Source: Camelus dromedarius (Eukaryota). From it: DNA of 64,000 bases. The stretch is taken from the NCBI RefSeq assembly GCF_036321535.1, contig NC_087436.1, positions 44,580,001 to 44,644,000 on the forward strand, in the 5' to 3' direction. Positions 12,320 to 25,091 of this stretch are shown here, piece after piece; position 1 is the stretch's first letter; the number at the start of each line of letters is the position of its first letter. A model generated the notes under the pieces. The model made no database searches. It saw nothing but the letters and a program-made list of their open reading frames with translations, and was not told the DNA's origin. A program made the translations under genes and the position numbers.

Positions 12320-14370
12320 GAAATTTAATTATAATAGTAATATGGAAGCCAGAAAAGAGGACTGATATCTTCTTACCATGGTGAAAGAAGATCGCTGTCA
12401 ACCTAGAATTTATTAGAGAGCAGGTATCTCTTTTGATTGGACAAGAATGGCTAAAAGATATTTTTGGATAAACAAAATTGAGTTTGTAACTGACAGTATC
12501 TCATTAAAGAAAACATTTAATGATATAATTAATGCATCTTTAATGTTCCCAGATGATAGTCTGGAAAACAAAAAGAAATAAAGAAGAAAGAGGTATATAA
12601 ATGTTAATGTAAACAAATTTTGATTTTTTAAAATTAATAATAATACAACTGTAGCTTAACATTAATTAAATTACAAGAGAGTAATGAATACGTGTAGTGA
12701 GAATGTGCTTGATTGTTTACAAGAGGGGTAAGTAAACTGATTAACTTTAAACCTGAATAAGTTAAATTAACATTTTAATGTCTATTGGAACTAGTGAAAG
12801 AAGAGTAATGAAGTACATGACTTCTAGAAGGCTGATGTTAATCATATTAATCAGAAACAAAAATTGATTTTTAGAGTATAAAAAGCATTTCTAATCTAAA
12901 GAGGGTCAAAATTAATGATAAAAAAGGTCAATTTACCAGGGAGGTATAAAAGTTTTAATCTCCTATGCAATGAATAACAGCCTTAAAATAAATAAAGCAA
13001 AAATAACAACACAACAAAGAAAAATATGCAATTCCACAATTATAGTAGAAGATTTTAAAAACACTCAAACCCAGATCAAGCAGACAAAAACATCAGTAAG
13101 AATGTAGAAGCTTTAATCAACACAGTTAGCTTTAAGTAAGTCACATAGACTTTTTCATTCAGTAACTGCAAAGCACATATTATTTTCAAATACATACTGT
13201 ACTAAACTTTGCACACATAATAGGCTAAAAAGTAAGACTCAACATGGCAATCATATTCTCCAAACACAAAGCAACTAAGTTAAAAGTAAACAACAAAAAC
13301 ATAAACAAAACCAAATAGAAACAAGCCATGTTTAGAAATTTGTAAACATGCTTTAAAACAACTTATAGATCAAAGAAAACTCATATTGGAAATGAAACAT
13401 TTTAGACTGGAGTAATAACAAAAACCCTACATTTCAAAACTTACGGCACACAGGTGAAGTACTTAGAAAAATATAAATACACGTGAATCCATAAAACAAA
13501 AATAGAGAAAGCCTTAACATTAATGTACTAAGCAACCATTTTAAGAAGTTAGGAACAGGAAAACAACAGAATAACCTCAGCAAAAAAAAGTTGAGAGGAA
13601 GGAAATTATAAAGATGAAACAAATATGTAGAACAAATATACAATGAAAAGGATGAAAAAAACAAATGTGGATGCTTGAAATCTACTAAAATTGGCAAACC
13701 TCTGGTAAGATTGATCAAGATGTAAAGAATAAATATATAAATAAATGACTTTACAAAAGGAAAAGGGAACACACCATAGCTGCAGATGTAAAGAATAAGA
13801 AGCCATGTAGTTTAGATTGAATGTGTTTAAATCCAAGCTCCACAACTTATTAATGTACAAGCATAGTCAAATTAGTCTTTCTCTGCTTTACTTACACCAT
13901 CTACAAAAATATGAAGTAATAAGATCTAAGTCAATAGATGATATCAGGATTAATCAAGAAATATATGGTAAGCAGAACAACGTAGCAAGTAATAAATGCT
14001 GTTATAAGCATTTTATTATTTTTATTATATATAATTATACAAGGATATATAGTTATATGAGTATAATTATTATTATTATTAGAACACCTTTGTGTAAATA
14101 AAATGTGAAATGTAAATAAAATGGTTAAACTTTGGAAAAACATAATTTATCAAAACTCACTTAAAAAATAGACAACCTGTATAAACCAATAACCATTAAA
14201 ATGCATCAACAGAAAAACCTTCCCATAAAGAACATTCATGTTCAGATAATTTCACCAATAAAATCTACCAAGTATACAATAATTAAATTAATCCAATCTT
14301 ACACAAAATATTCCAGATTACAGAAAAATGGAATCACCCTTGATCTCTTTATGAGTTATAGTCTAATCTT
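12320..14370 (+). mobile_element. Ancient L1 (L1M/L1ME-type): end of ORF1 and ORF2 endonuclease region, decayed
   Basis: tgtcaacctagaatt = ORF1 CQPRI motif; aatgataaaaaaggtcaatttaccaggg resembles EN-domain MIKGSIHQEDI; later segments resemble ITTD..IKRII and QLYANK...EMDKFLEK; multiple stops and frameshifts. Confidence 0.85.
13800..14030 (+). mobile_element. MIR inserted inside the L1 ORF2
   Basis: gtgtttaaatccaagctccacaactta...ctctgctttac...catctacaaaaat...caggattaa; the L1 resumes at ~14085. Confidence 0.65.
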
Positions 14371-14386
14371 TTTTTGCTCATTTGTT

Positions 14387-14657
14387 TGTTGAAGGTTGAT
14401 GTTGGAGATTCCCAAGTCATCATCCTGTCACTTCACCATCACCAAACAGATAATTGTGCAGTAGCTGATCACACACCCTGTGACCCTCTAAAAACTCTTC
14501 CCTAAAAGCCATCTGGGCGTTCAGGTCTTTTGAGCATAAGCTGCCCATTCTCTTTACTTGATCCTGCAATAAACACTGAACTTTCCTTCACCACAACCCG
14601 ATGTCAGTAGATTGGCTTTTCTGTGTGTTGGGCAGGCTGTCCCACAGTTTGATAACA
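14387..14657 (+). mobile_element. ERV1-like LTR (3' part)
   Basis: ttcaggtcttttgagcataagctgcccattctc, AATAAA at 14568-14573, gtcagtagattggc, terminal ...ataaCA. Confidence 0.7.
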
Positions 14658-14934
14658 TTTACAGTTGCAGTCTTTTAAAAATTACATTATTTCTTTATAT
14701 TCTCTAAATCTTGATCTTCTAGCTGACCAATTTTAGTTTCTTATTCAATAACCTCCATGAAAATACCCCTGATGATAAATTCTACAGGCTTAGACAGTCT
14801 CTCTCAGCTAATACACTACACATCCCATCAATTTATTTAAACTCCACAGCACTTTCACTTGCTTCTCAAGGTCACATCTTGGATTTCTGTGTAAAAACTT
14901 CATACCCAAGATATTTTTGATGTCTCTTTCCTTG

Positions 14935-15070
14935 AGCCATTCATTTCATTCATTTAATCAACCAATGTTTATTGCTTCCTTATTATGTATCTAGGATAAA
15001 AGAAATACAGGTAAGACTGCTTCCCCACCCTGGTGGAGCTTACAGCATAGCTGGGAAGACAAAGAATTGC
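14935..15070 (-). mobile_element. L2 3' end
   Basis: cattcatttcattcatttaatcaaccaatgtttattg...tggagcttacag. Confidence 0.75.
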
Positions 15071-15214
15071 AATAGTGGGGATGGTAGAAGGTGATGAATG
15101 AAGGGGTAAATCTCCTCAGGGATCCATGGGGACATTGTCTCCAAAACTAGAATGAGTCAAGGAAGACCATTTCAGTTTGCAGAGTCTTTGCTAGTGAGGG
15201 GATTTAAAGTTAGA

Positions 15215-15750
15215 CCAGACGAGTGAATTGGTTACATGTGGCAGAAACTTGAAACAAATCCGGGTTAAGTAAGAAGAGGACTGTGTTAGTTCCATGAATG
15301 ACAAATCCAAGGGTAAGCTCACTTTCGGCCAAATAATATATCAAGGATCTGTCCTTTTCCCTACTTTGTTTTCTTTCTCTTAGTTGTCTTCTTTTATTGG
15401 CTTAATTTTTCAGGCAAACTCTCTCTTATGAAGGAAGATGGCCTCTACGAGAGCAGCCTCGCATCCTGGCTGATCACCATCCCAGAGGTGAGACTGGTTC
15501 CTTTCTAGTCCTTCTAGAAAAGCCCTGAGCTCGATGCTTGTTGGTTTAAATTGGATGAATCCCTGTTTCTTACCCACTCACTAGAGGAAAAGAATATGAC
15601 GCTTGGAGAACATGCTCACACTTAGCATTTGGGTGGCGTGTGTGTGGAGGCCGGGATAAACCACATCTGAGCCAAAGAGGGAGGCATTGTTTCCCAAAGG
15701 CAAACTGAAGTTTGTTTTCAGAGAGGAACAGATGCTGGACAGGGAAAAAA
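15215..15750 (-). mobile_element. Old MaLR LTR (MLT1K/L-like)
   Basis: ttggttacatgtggcagaaac...tcaggcaaactctctc...gaagatggcc...tttcccaaaggcaaact...gatgctggacagg. Confidence 0.6.
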
Positions 15751-16768
15751 CAAACAAACACACAAACAAAGCTCAAAACAAAAAAGATGAGAAAATAAGC
15801 ACAACAGGTATCTACCGTGGAGGAAAAAAGTGGATAGGAAACATTTTACACAAAGAAATAGGTATAGGACAATCCTGGAAAGATTGCATAATTTGGGGAA
15901 GTAATAGCTGTTGAAAGTGGAGCAAAGATTATGAAGTGGCTGAGGTTAGGAGAATCATTTGGTAGAAAAAGTTGCCTTCTGCGAACATTCCTTCCTTTCC
16001 CAGCATGGGGCAGGAGTACACCTAGCTTGGTAACGCAGTCTGCAACCTCGTTTCTAGGTCAAGGAAATAATTTGAAAGCTGCTTCAATCTTGCCGCTCTT
16101 CAGGAATACCCACATGGGCATTGCTTTTTCTCATTTGTAATTTAAATTGTGAGAACAGAATTACCTTCTCTATCACGGATTTCAATATAGAAAAAATAAT
16201 AAGGAAAAATATGTCAGTTATTTAAAAATAGTCTGTGTATTTTGTTCTCTGTTTGGCTTTTGGAAAATCATTATATGTCATTGCCTGAATCTGGTGTTTG
16301 TAAACCTTGCATCCCACCTGCCTCGTCACAGAACAATGCCTTCATTATATTCAAACCTTTCTTAGTATTTCTCAGATTTGGTCTTTGTTTGCCTTGTAAT
16401 GCAGTTACGTCTGTCCATTTCTGTCTTTGATCCTGAACCTTAAGAGATCATGACAGATGTCTTTTCCAAAATTTGTGTTCCTTTTTGCAAAAGCTAATAA
16501 TTCTCTTGGCCATAATCTATTCTCAAAAAATTCAGTTTGGATTGGGTTAACTTGAATTTTATCCTTCAAAAATTTTATGAAATAAATTGTCATTACCAAG
16601 CCTGATGTACATCATCAAACTCCTACAAAATAGTAATGACTGGATTTGTCTTTCCCTCTTTCTTATCGACATGTAATTGTCTGTTTATTTTCAAAATACA
16701 AGAGACTTGAGATCACACAATATTGGGCTGAAGAGAAAGATGACCACTGAAAATGTGAATAGATTAAA

Positions 16769-16797
16769 AGAGAGAGAGAGAGAGGGAGAGAGAGAGA
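16769..16797. repeat. (GA)n microsatellite
   Basis: Read directly. Confidence 0.9.
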
Positions 16798-17699
16798 AGT
16801 GGCAGAAAACACTTTCACAAATTTGCAGCCACAGAAGAAATTAGAAAATAAAACTATAGGAAAAAACTCATAATACTGGATGAGGAAAAATGGAATTTTG
16901 ATAGCATCCTTCTATATACTTATGACTCATATTCCAAAAAGTAAAGAACTGATACATTTTTATCATTATGGTGAACATGTAGGTAAAGCTAAATAACTTG
17001 AAATTCAGGAATTGGCACATTTAAGTTCAGAATAGATGAAGTTCTTCTCATTGTAGCACCAAAACTTTGAAAACTGGAACCTACTATTATATAATTTTAT
17101 TTAAAATGTTAACATATGTCATTGTCTTTAAAAATGTGTACCATAGAGCCTCATTTTATATTGGACTGTTTGTGAGGTAGTACCTGAAAAACTTGCCTTT
17201 TAAGGCAAAAATTAATATGGCTAAAATTATTCTTGAAAGTCCATTATATTGAAGATAAAGTACAGTATACTTGGTAAAACATATATTATTATTGGAGAAC
17301 AATTTACTATCTCTTCATAATGTCAAGCCATAAGTTTGAAGGGACTTCTAGGTACTTTGGCTTATATTTGAGGTTCATATTATATGAAAAACAAAAACAA
17401 AGAAAATCCCTCAGATGCACATCATGAGAAGAGACACAAGAGACCAAACAAATGGAACTGATTGTAGGAAAGGCAAATTTATCTCTTTTATCTAACCTTT
17501 CCTTTAGCATAAAGGCTCATTTAGTAGAATGTCAGGCAGTATAGCCTGCATTATTTAAAGTTCACCTTTTTCTGTATATCTCTTTTTCTTAAAATCAGGT
17601 AGTTAAATTCATGTAAGTAAGTGCATACATAGTGAGAAACCACATATAACAAATAACATTTAATGTTCTTTTGATAGTCCGAAGTCCAAAGGTTACGAA

Positions 17700-18000
17700 G
17701 ATCACATGAATATTTGGACTTCTTCCTTGACCCTCCCTCTCTCCTTCATCTACTCTTTCTCCTTGGTGACCTCACACAATTTTTCCTTCCCTATGGAAGG
17801 AAAACTCCCATAACTCTCTTCTTCCAAGGGTCAGGAAAAAATAATTAGAGAAATCATTCTTGACACTATATTTCCTTCATATCACAGATCTAACCTGTCA
17901 AAAAATCCCAAGTGTCCAACCTTCAAAATGTCCAACTTCTTTACACTATCTCCACAGTCAATCAATCTGATCTAGGCAATCTGTATTTTGTCTTTGGGTA
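17700..18000 (+). mobile_element. L2 internal fragment
   Basis: tcattcttgacac...aacctgtcaaaaaatcc...accttcaaaatgtcc. Confidence 0.55.
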
Positions 18001-18224
18001 ATTCATTTATCTATCTATTTTTAATTTTGTTTTGCCTTCTGCTAACAGGCACTCAGTTGACTCTGCAATCAATTGACATTTAATGCTGCTAGTAATATAT
18101 AGCAACTTTTTACTCTTTTTATTTCTTGTAACTGATATCACCAAGCTTATTAGAATCGAATGTAAAATAAGACTACATGGACTCTGAAGAGAAACATGAG
18201 ATTATTGTATATATAAAAATATTT

Positions 18225-19080
18225 TCATACAAAATAAATGAGTCACAGGGTGAAACCCACAGTGTGGAGAATGCTCAGTAATAATGTAGTGTCTTTGCAT
18301 GGTGACAGATGGTAACTAGACTAATCATGGTGATCGCGGTTTAATATATAGAGATACCAAATCACTATGTTGTACACCAGGAACTAACATCGTGTTGTGG
18401 GTCAGTTATACTCAAAAAACAACCAAAAAACTCACAGAAAAAGAGTTCAGATTTGTGGTTACCAGAGGTGAAGAAGGGTGAGGGAGGGGGAACTGGATGA
18501 AGATAGTCAAAACATAGAATACAAACTTGTGGTTGCCAGGGGGGGGTGCGGGGGTGTTTAGGGACAGTCTGGCGGTTCGAAATTTACAGATACTGACAGG
18601 TATATATAGAACAGATGAACTAATTTATACTGTAGAGCACAGGGGAATATATGCAAGATCTTGTAGTGGCTCACAGTGAAGAAGAGTATGAGGGTGAATA
18701 TATGTATATTCATGTATGACTGAAAAACTGCTATATTTCAGAAATTGACACAATATTGTAAGCTGACAGTAATTCAGTGAAAAAAAGATAGTCAAAAGGT
18801 ACAAAATTCCAGTTAAGAGATAAGTAAGTACTAGGGACATAATGTACAGTAAGATAAATGTAACTAACACTGCTCTATGCTATATTTGAAAGTTGTTAAG
18901 AGAGTAAGAGTTCTCATCACAAGAGAGAAACTTTTTTTCTGTTTTAATTTTGTATATATGAGGTGATGGACGTTCACTAAACTTATTATGATAATCATCT
19001 CATGATTTATGTAAGTCAAATCATGCTGCACACCTTAAACTTACACAATGCTGTCAATTATATCTCAATAAAACTAGAAG
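18225..19080 (+). mobile_element. 5'-truncated L1 3'UTR (L1MA9-like) with 10-bp TSD, interrupted by a younger L1
   Basis: ggtgacagatggtaactagact, atcactatgttgtacaccaggaactaac, ttatatctcaataaa; TSD aaaaatattt at 18215-18224 and 19081-19090. Confidence 0.85.
18513..18784 (+). mobile_element. Camelid-type L1 3' end nested in the older L1
   Basis: aaacttgtggttgccagg...ttcgaaatttacagatactgacagg...caagatcttgtagtggctcacag...ttgacacaatattgtaa; 13-bp TSD aagatagtcaaaa at 18500-18512 and 18785-18797. Confidence 0.85.
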
Positions 19081-20477
19081 AAAAATATTTGTAAGTGCAT
19101 GGATTTGTGAATTTGTTTTGGATTCTTAGCAGATGTTTTTGCTTACATTCTCCTTATGTTGATGTTCCAGATGATTGGTATTCTCAGATAGGTGTGTTCT
19201 GCTGAAACTAGTTTTATTGATCAAATGAAACTGATCCTTAAATTTTGGTCTTTTCTCAAACTATTAATGGTTCATCAACTTGGAACACATTTTCACTCAG
19301 ATCTTTATCACTTTATGAATTTTCCCTTGATAAAACCCCATTCCCTGTTTCAAGAAGGTTTTATACTGTCAACTTTTCCTTTAGTACCTTAGGTTTGCTT
19401 TTTCAGATTTCAGATATTTAAAAGATATCTAAGTTTATATTAAATGGTATTTTATCTTCAAAGAAAAAAATCTGAAGATCTGGAACCAGTTTTGCAAATG
19501 AATAAGGAAATTTTGAACCTAATAATGCCTCAAGGTCAAATTTCATCATTTTTTATTTTAGAGAAATAATTGAATGTGTCTCCAGATAGATTAATTTTCT
19601 GGATAGAGCAATGCTTTTCCTGGTAAGTTGTCAACTAGAAAAAATTTTTTTAAAAGATTAGAACTGGACTAAGTAACTTTATCAGATTAAAATGAGCTCA
19701 CTCAGTCAATTCTTCTTCCTTTTAAATATATGAACACTAATCATGTAAATTGACATAAGACATTAAATTATAAATAATGGATTCATATTACTGTTTTATA
19801 CAATAAGTTTAAATTAAAAATGTGCTCAATCTGAAATTCTATTTTATGAAGATGCACATCAAAAAGAATATTTCATATGATTAATGTCTTAACATATATA
19901 ATTCTAGCTTTTACAAATATGCGTTTAATCACTCTCAGCTTCCATACATGATGATGAATGGGTGAACTGGATTCCAAGAACATCTTTTGCCGTAAAACTG
20001 TGATTCAGTTTTTTCATATAATGCCTGAACACCAAGTTTTTATTCCAATTAAGATTGTTTCTTACCAGAGAAGAGGCATATGTATTACCCTGGCAGAAGC
20101 TAACACTTGGAATACCAAGTAGGACAATGTGAAAAAAACACTATAGAAAAATATTTGTGTGTGTGTTTTAGCATAATCTTACCTATGTTTGGAGATCACA
20201 TGAGCACCAACCAATTTAGATTCTCCAGAACATAATTTCAAAAACTGAAAATCAGCTAGATAGCTAAACTATAGAAGATCCTTATATAGCAGTGTACTTT
20301 TCAAAGTTTGACTGTTAAAGCTCAGTGATGTGTAGACAGAGACTTATACAAGATCACTGCTATCAGCTTCTGAAATGCATGTAACACAATCTAATACTGT
20401 GTTGAGGATCAATGCATCTGTCCGTCTTGCATATCTGCCCTGCTGGAGAGAGCAACGGTCAGACCAGTGGAGAGATC

Positions 20478-20496
20478 ACCGTTGCTGAGCAACGGT
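20478..20496. promoter_or_regulatory. Perfect palindrome containing an RFX X-box (GTTGCT-G-AGCAAC)
   Basis: accgttgct g agcaacggt: 9-bp arms, 1-nt spacer; extra half-site agcaacggt at 20451-20459; binding is inferred. Confidence 0.55.
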
Positions 20497-23400
20497 TCCA
20501 TCACGGACAAGCTCTTTGCTTTGATTTGGTGCAAAGACAAGAAGTATATATATTTTTATACACAGTAAAATAAGTCTATCATTGAACAGAAGACTATCAA
20601 TAGCAAAGAATCCTATAGTGTAGTGTGAAGATTACAATTATTGATCCTTAGAGAAAATACATTTAGTAATAGCAATGTGAAAGGAGGTAATTTGACTGTG
20701 AATTTTACTGATACTGTGCATCCATTAATGATTGCTTCATATGCAGAAAGGGACCAAAATTAGACTATTAAAATATTTCCTTAAAGTGTTAAGTGATTAT
20801 ATCTTCCCTTTTCTAACCTGTTCATCAGACTGCGTGCAGTGAAAAGATCATACATGTGGTAGTTTGGGGATGATTCAAATCACTTTTCAGTTTGAAAGCA
20901 CATTATGATTTCTGTTAAATAGGGACATGGATAGTTGGGAATGCTTTGGATTAATGTCTAATTTACTCTATTTGCCTTTCTCCTTATAACTGGACAACTA
21001 CTTGTAGTCTCGTAATTTTTGAATCATCACCCATGAGTCCTAAATCTTTAGAATGAGCTTCCTGACTCCTTGTTATTAGTTAGCAAATTTAAAGAACAGG
21101 GTGCATTGGCCAAATCTCCATATGCAAACCAAGTGGAAATTAAATGATCTAATGTAACAAAGGAACAAAATGAAATTATTTCTCGCGGTATCCTTTGTTT
21201 GTCTATTCTTAACCACCATCTTAGAGAAGTGTAAATTAAAAGTCGAAATGATTTATTTCAGAAACTAAATAAATAGAGCACACTGCTGCTTTTTCATTTC
21301 ATTGTGTACCTTCACTTCTGGTATTTTTTTCCTCCCTCTGAAAGCGCTATTTCAACAAGACCATGTAAATGTCTATAATTGCGAGAGAAAATGTTAATAT
21401 AACATTTACACAGTTCAACAGCTTCAAAGCTGTTTCATTGACTATGTTTAAAAGGAAACTTACACACAGAGGCCCCAAGTCCACATAAATGCTAGTTTAG
21501 TGGGACATTTGGTGACAGAGCCTTGAAAACAGAAACAAAAAAGAAGGGAAATCAAACAGCCCCATCTTCCAGCCTAATTCAAGCCATTTAGAAGCTCTAT
21601 GCTTAAGCCTAGGATTACCAGTGATACTATCTACATCAGCTTTGCTGTTCAGGAAGAAATGTCCTTCTTATTACAGAAAAAAGGAGAAAAAGAAAAGAGG
21701 GGGAAAGAAAATAGTTTAAAGCTAAGTAATTCAGGCTTGCATAAATCTTTAATGGGTTCTGTCTTCGTATGATTGGCCGTGCGTTCTTTCCTCTGCCCAG
21801 GGGAAACACTGCATGTCTTAGAGGAGAATAGTAGTAACTCCATCTTGTGTGTTATATGATATCTTCAAGTAATCCCTAGGATTTCGGCTTTGTCTGCTGT
21901 AAACAAAAGGCCACCCATACATAATGTGTCTGGGCTATTCCAGACTCCTCACCTTAGCAGGTGACACCCATAGATGGACACGGACGACTAAGCCCACATG
22001 TGGCTGGAGGCAGTTTTGCTCCAAAGACAACTCGGAAAATGTAAAAACAAATAGCATGTTTCTCTCATGAGAACAAAGTGTGATCAGCACCCTGCAGTCG
22101 TGTCAATTTTCTAGGCTTTTCTCAGGAGTAAGAATGAAACACCAAATAATACACTTTGCTTTGTGAGCTGATGCCATAGATTCATTTGTTGACAATATAT
22201 GAATGATTCCAAGCCCTCTGTGTCAAACCAAAACCAAAAGCAAAAGAGAAACTAAAGAGTAAATGTATCCATCGTTTGCATGTTAAGATTTTAATAAAGA
22301 TTAATAAGAGTTACATAGAAGATTCTATTTTGTCTATTTTATCATCATTCTTATTTTTTATTTTGTTGGGGATGTGCTTACTGAGCTAGGCTCTGAATGA
22401 GTAAGCTTCCTAATTAATGGATTTATTCACTCAGCAAATGTACACCTACCACGTGTAAGAGACTTTCTTTCTCTCTGACAATATGAGAAAACTTTGACTT
22501 TTAGATGTACCTACTACACAGGCTAACTTGGTAAAATTTTAAATCTGAAAGCAAGTCAGACCCAAATCTGCTGTTTCATTATCACCTCTGATACAATATC
22601 AATTCTCAGCAATTCTATGCTTACTAATTGCATTGCATATACATAGCATGCCTTTGTGTTGTTACTCATTAAAGAGTACCAACAAACAGAGGGGGATTTT
22701 TGAAACTGGCTAAAATCAATCATTTAAAAAGCTAAATCTTATAATAAATGGTATTTTGAAAAAAGGCCAAAAAAACATAGTTTCTGCTCTTCTTCAGTAA
22801 AATCAGAAATCGTTTCTAGGATACATTTAATTTTATTCATAAGTGCATGTTTAATTTTATTTCAAATTCCCAGGAAAGTTTCTGTGTGAGGTGGAAAGAA
22901 AATATGCTTTATCAAATATCAATTCTCAGTGGAAAGTTAAATTACAATTTTGAGTCAATGAACTAATGTAACAAAAGACAAGATGTTCATCAACAAACAC
23001 ATATAGTAATTCAAATATTGAAAGTTTGATGCAATATATAACATATGGTGGCAAATATAGTAAATGAAAAAGCATGTGGTTGGTAAAAGAGAAAAGGGAT
23101 TCACAGAGATACTATAATTTTTACCATGTATTTAAAGCATCCATTTCACAATATATTTCTAAGCAGGGTTAATATCTTTATATGGTACTTTCTTAGTTAC
23201 CAGAATTATATTGATAATTCATTCTGAGGCTACGCATCATGAACTAAGAAAAAGCTAATTAATTGTTCAACAGATCAAGTTGTTGTTTGAGGTTACTCAA
23301 TCTCCAATATGTAAATTTCACAACAAATAAATTTTAAAAATCCAAAATGAGAGCAGCATATCCAAATGGCCCAATCATATTATAATTCCATTAGTAACAT

Positions 23401-23609
23401 GTTAATGTATTTTCTATGACCCATAATTAAATGTGAAAATATATAGAAACTCTATTATATGTTAGTTATTCAATGGCAACCAAATGCTTCAAGTATGAGT
23501 CATATAATTCAGTATTTAATGAGAGATGTTTCAACAATTAGGAATTCAGTATATAAACCCTAGGTGTTGACTCCTTTCTTTCCTTTTATCTTTAATTTTT
23601 TTCCTTGCT

Positions 23610-23847
23610 GTTTTATTGAGATACAACTGACACAACAACAGTGTAAAAGTTTAAGGTGTGAAGCATAATCATTTGATTTGTGAACATCCTTAAATGATTA
23701 TCACAATAAGTTTAGTGAGTATCAATCATCTCATACAGATATAAAATAAAAGAAAAAATTGGTTACCCTCTGTCACCATACAGAGATATTACATGATTAT
23801 TGACTATCTTTCTCATGCTGTACATTTCATCCCCATGACCCACTTTA
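23610..23847 (-). mobile_element. L1 3'UTR fragment (L1MA9-like, internally deleted)
   Basis: ttttattgagatacaactgaca...gttaccctctgtcaccatac...gctgtacatttcatccccatgac. Confidence 0.75.
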
Positions 23848-24043
23848 AAAATTTTTTTTTTCAATTATAGTCAATTTACAATGTTGTGTTAATTTTTGAT
23901 GTACAGCTTAGTGATTCATTCGTACATGTGTATGTATATTCCTTTTTGTGTTCTTTTGCCCTACAGGCTATTACAAGATATTGAATATAGTTCTCTGTGC
24001 TATACAGTATGACCTTGTTATTCATCTATTTTATATATATTTA
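23848..24043 (-). mobile_element. Artiodactyl-type L1 3' end
   Basis: T tract, then tatagtcaatttacaatgttgtgttaattt...caagatattgaatatagttctctgtgctatacagta; possible TSD cacttta at 23841-23847 and 24044-24050. Confidence 0.8.
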
Positions 24044-25091
24044 CACTTTATTTACATAAGGTGGCAAATATGATTTTTATTTTAATATATTTAATGTAAT
24101 CTTTATCCATATTGAGCTCAGAATATTTTATCTTTGGCCAGTGAGAGTCTCTTCAGCTTCACTTTTGAACCCATTTGACAAGAATTTAGTAGATTTTGAC
24201 GCTTGCCTTGCTATCTGATGTGCCAGATAGTCTGAACTTATTTTATGTATTTTGTGTTTCCGAGGTATAATCAATCATTTCTGTAAAAGTTTCTGGTTTA
24301 TTTTAATGAGTCATGAGATTTAGAGACACAATTTAGAAATGTTTGTTAATACTGGATTTTTCATTGTTTCTAGACCTTTTCAGTGGGTAGAATAGTAAAC
24401 ATATAAATTTAGTGAATATATAATTTAACGTTTTTGTGCTATGTTTGAAGATTATCTTCTGAGTTATGATATTCCTGATTCAAATTGAGGACTATAGAAA
24501 TTGTATTTAAATATTTTATTATATGTCTACTTTTTTTTTCATATACCAAGCCTCCTGGGATTGCTATAATTAGAATACCTCACGATTATTTGCACATACA
24601 ACAATTTCAGAATAATGATGTTAAAACCAGCACCACCAGTTTTGACAACTATAAAGAATCTAAGTTTTTGCATATGCTATTCCTTTTCTCTATTATTTTT
24701 GTGTGTTTGTTTTCCCATCAGAATTGTCAGGTTATATAGACATTATGTTTTATAATTTCTACCTTTCAGTTCTCAGTTAGTGTTAGTTCTACAAGTAACT
24801 ACCTCATTAAGGCTCACCATCAGCATTTAGCTCTGTTTCTCGAGACATTTTGGTTTCTGAAGCATATTTTTTAGTAGACTCCTTCAAAAGAACTTATGAA
24901 GACAATATTCCCATAATTCTTGCATATTGATAGTAGTTTTTCCCTGCCCTCTGGACTGAAGGTCAACTTTGATAGATATTATATATTTAATTCACATTAT
25001 CTTTACTTGAGCATTTTAAGTATGTTATCCTATTTTCTTCAGGCATAAAATATTGCTGTCAAACTATCTGATAATGCCCTACATTGTATGC

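Noticed and set aside
13434..13860. Hydrophobic minus-strand ORFs resembling membrane proteins
   Set aside because: The antisense of A-rich L1 sequence yields F/L/I-rich ORFs artefactually
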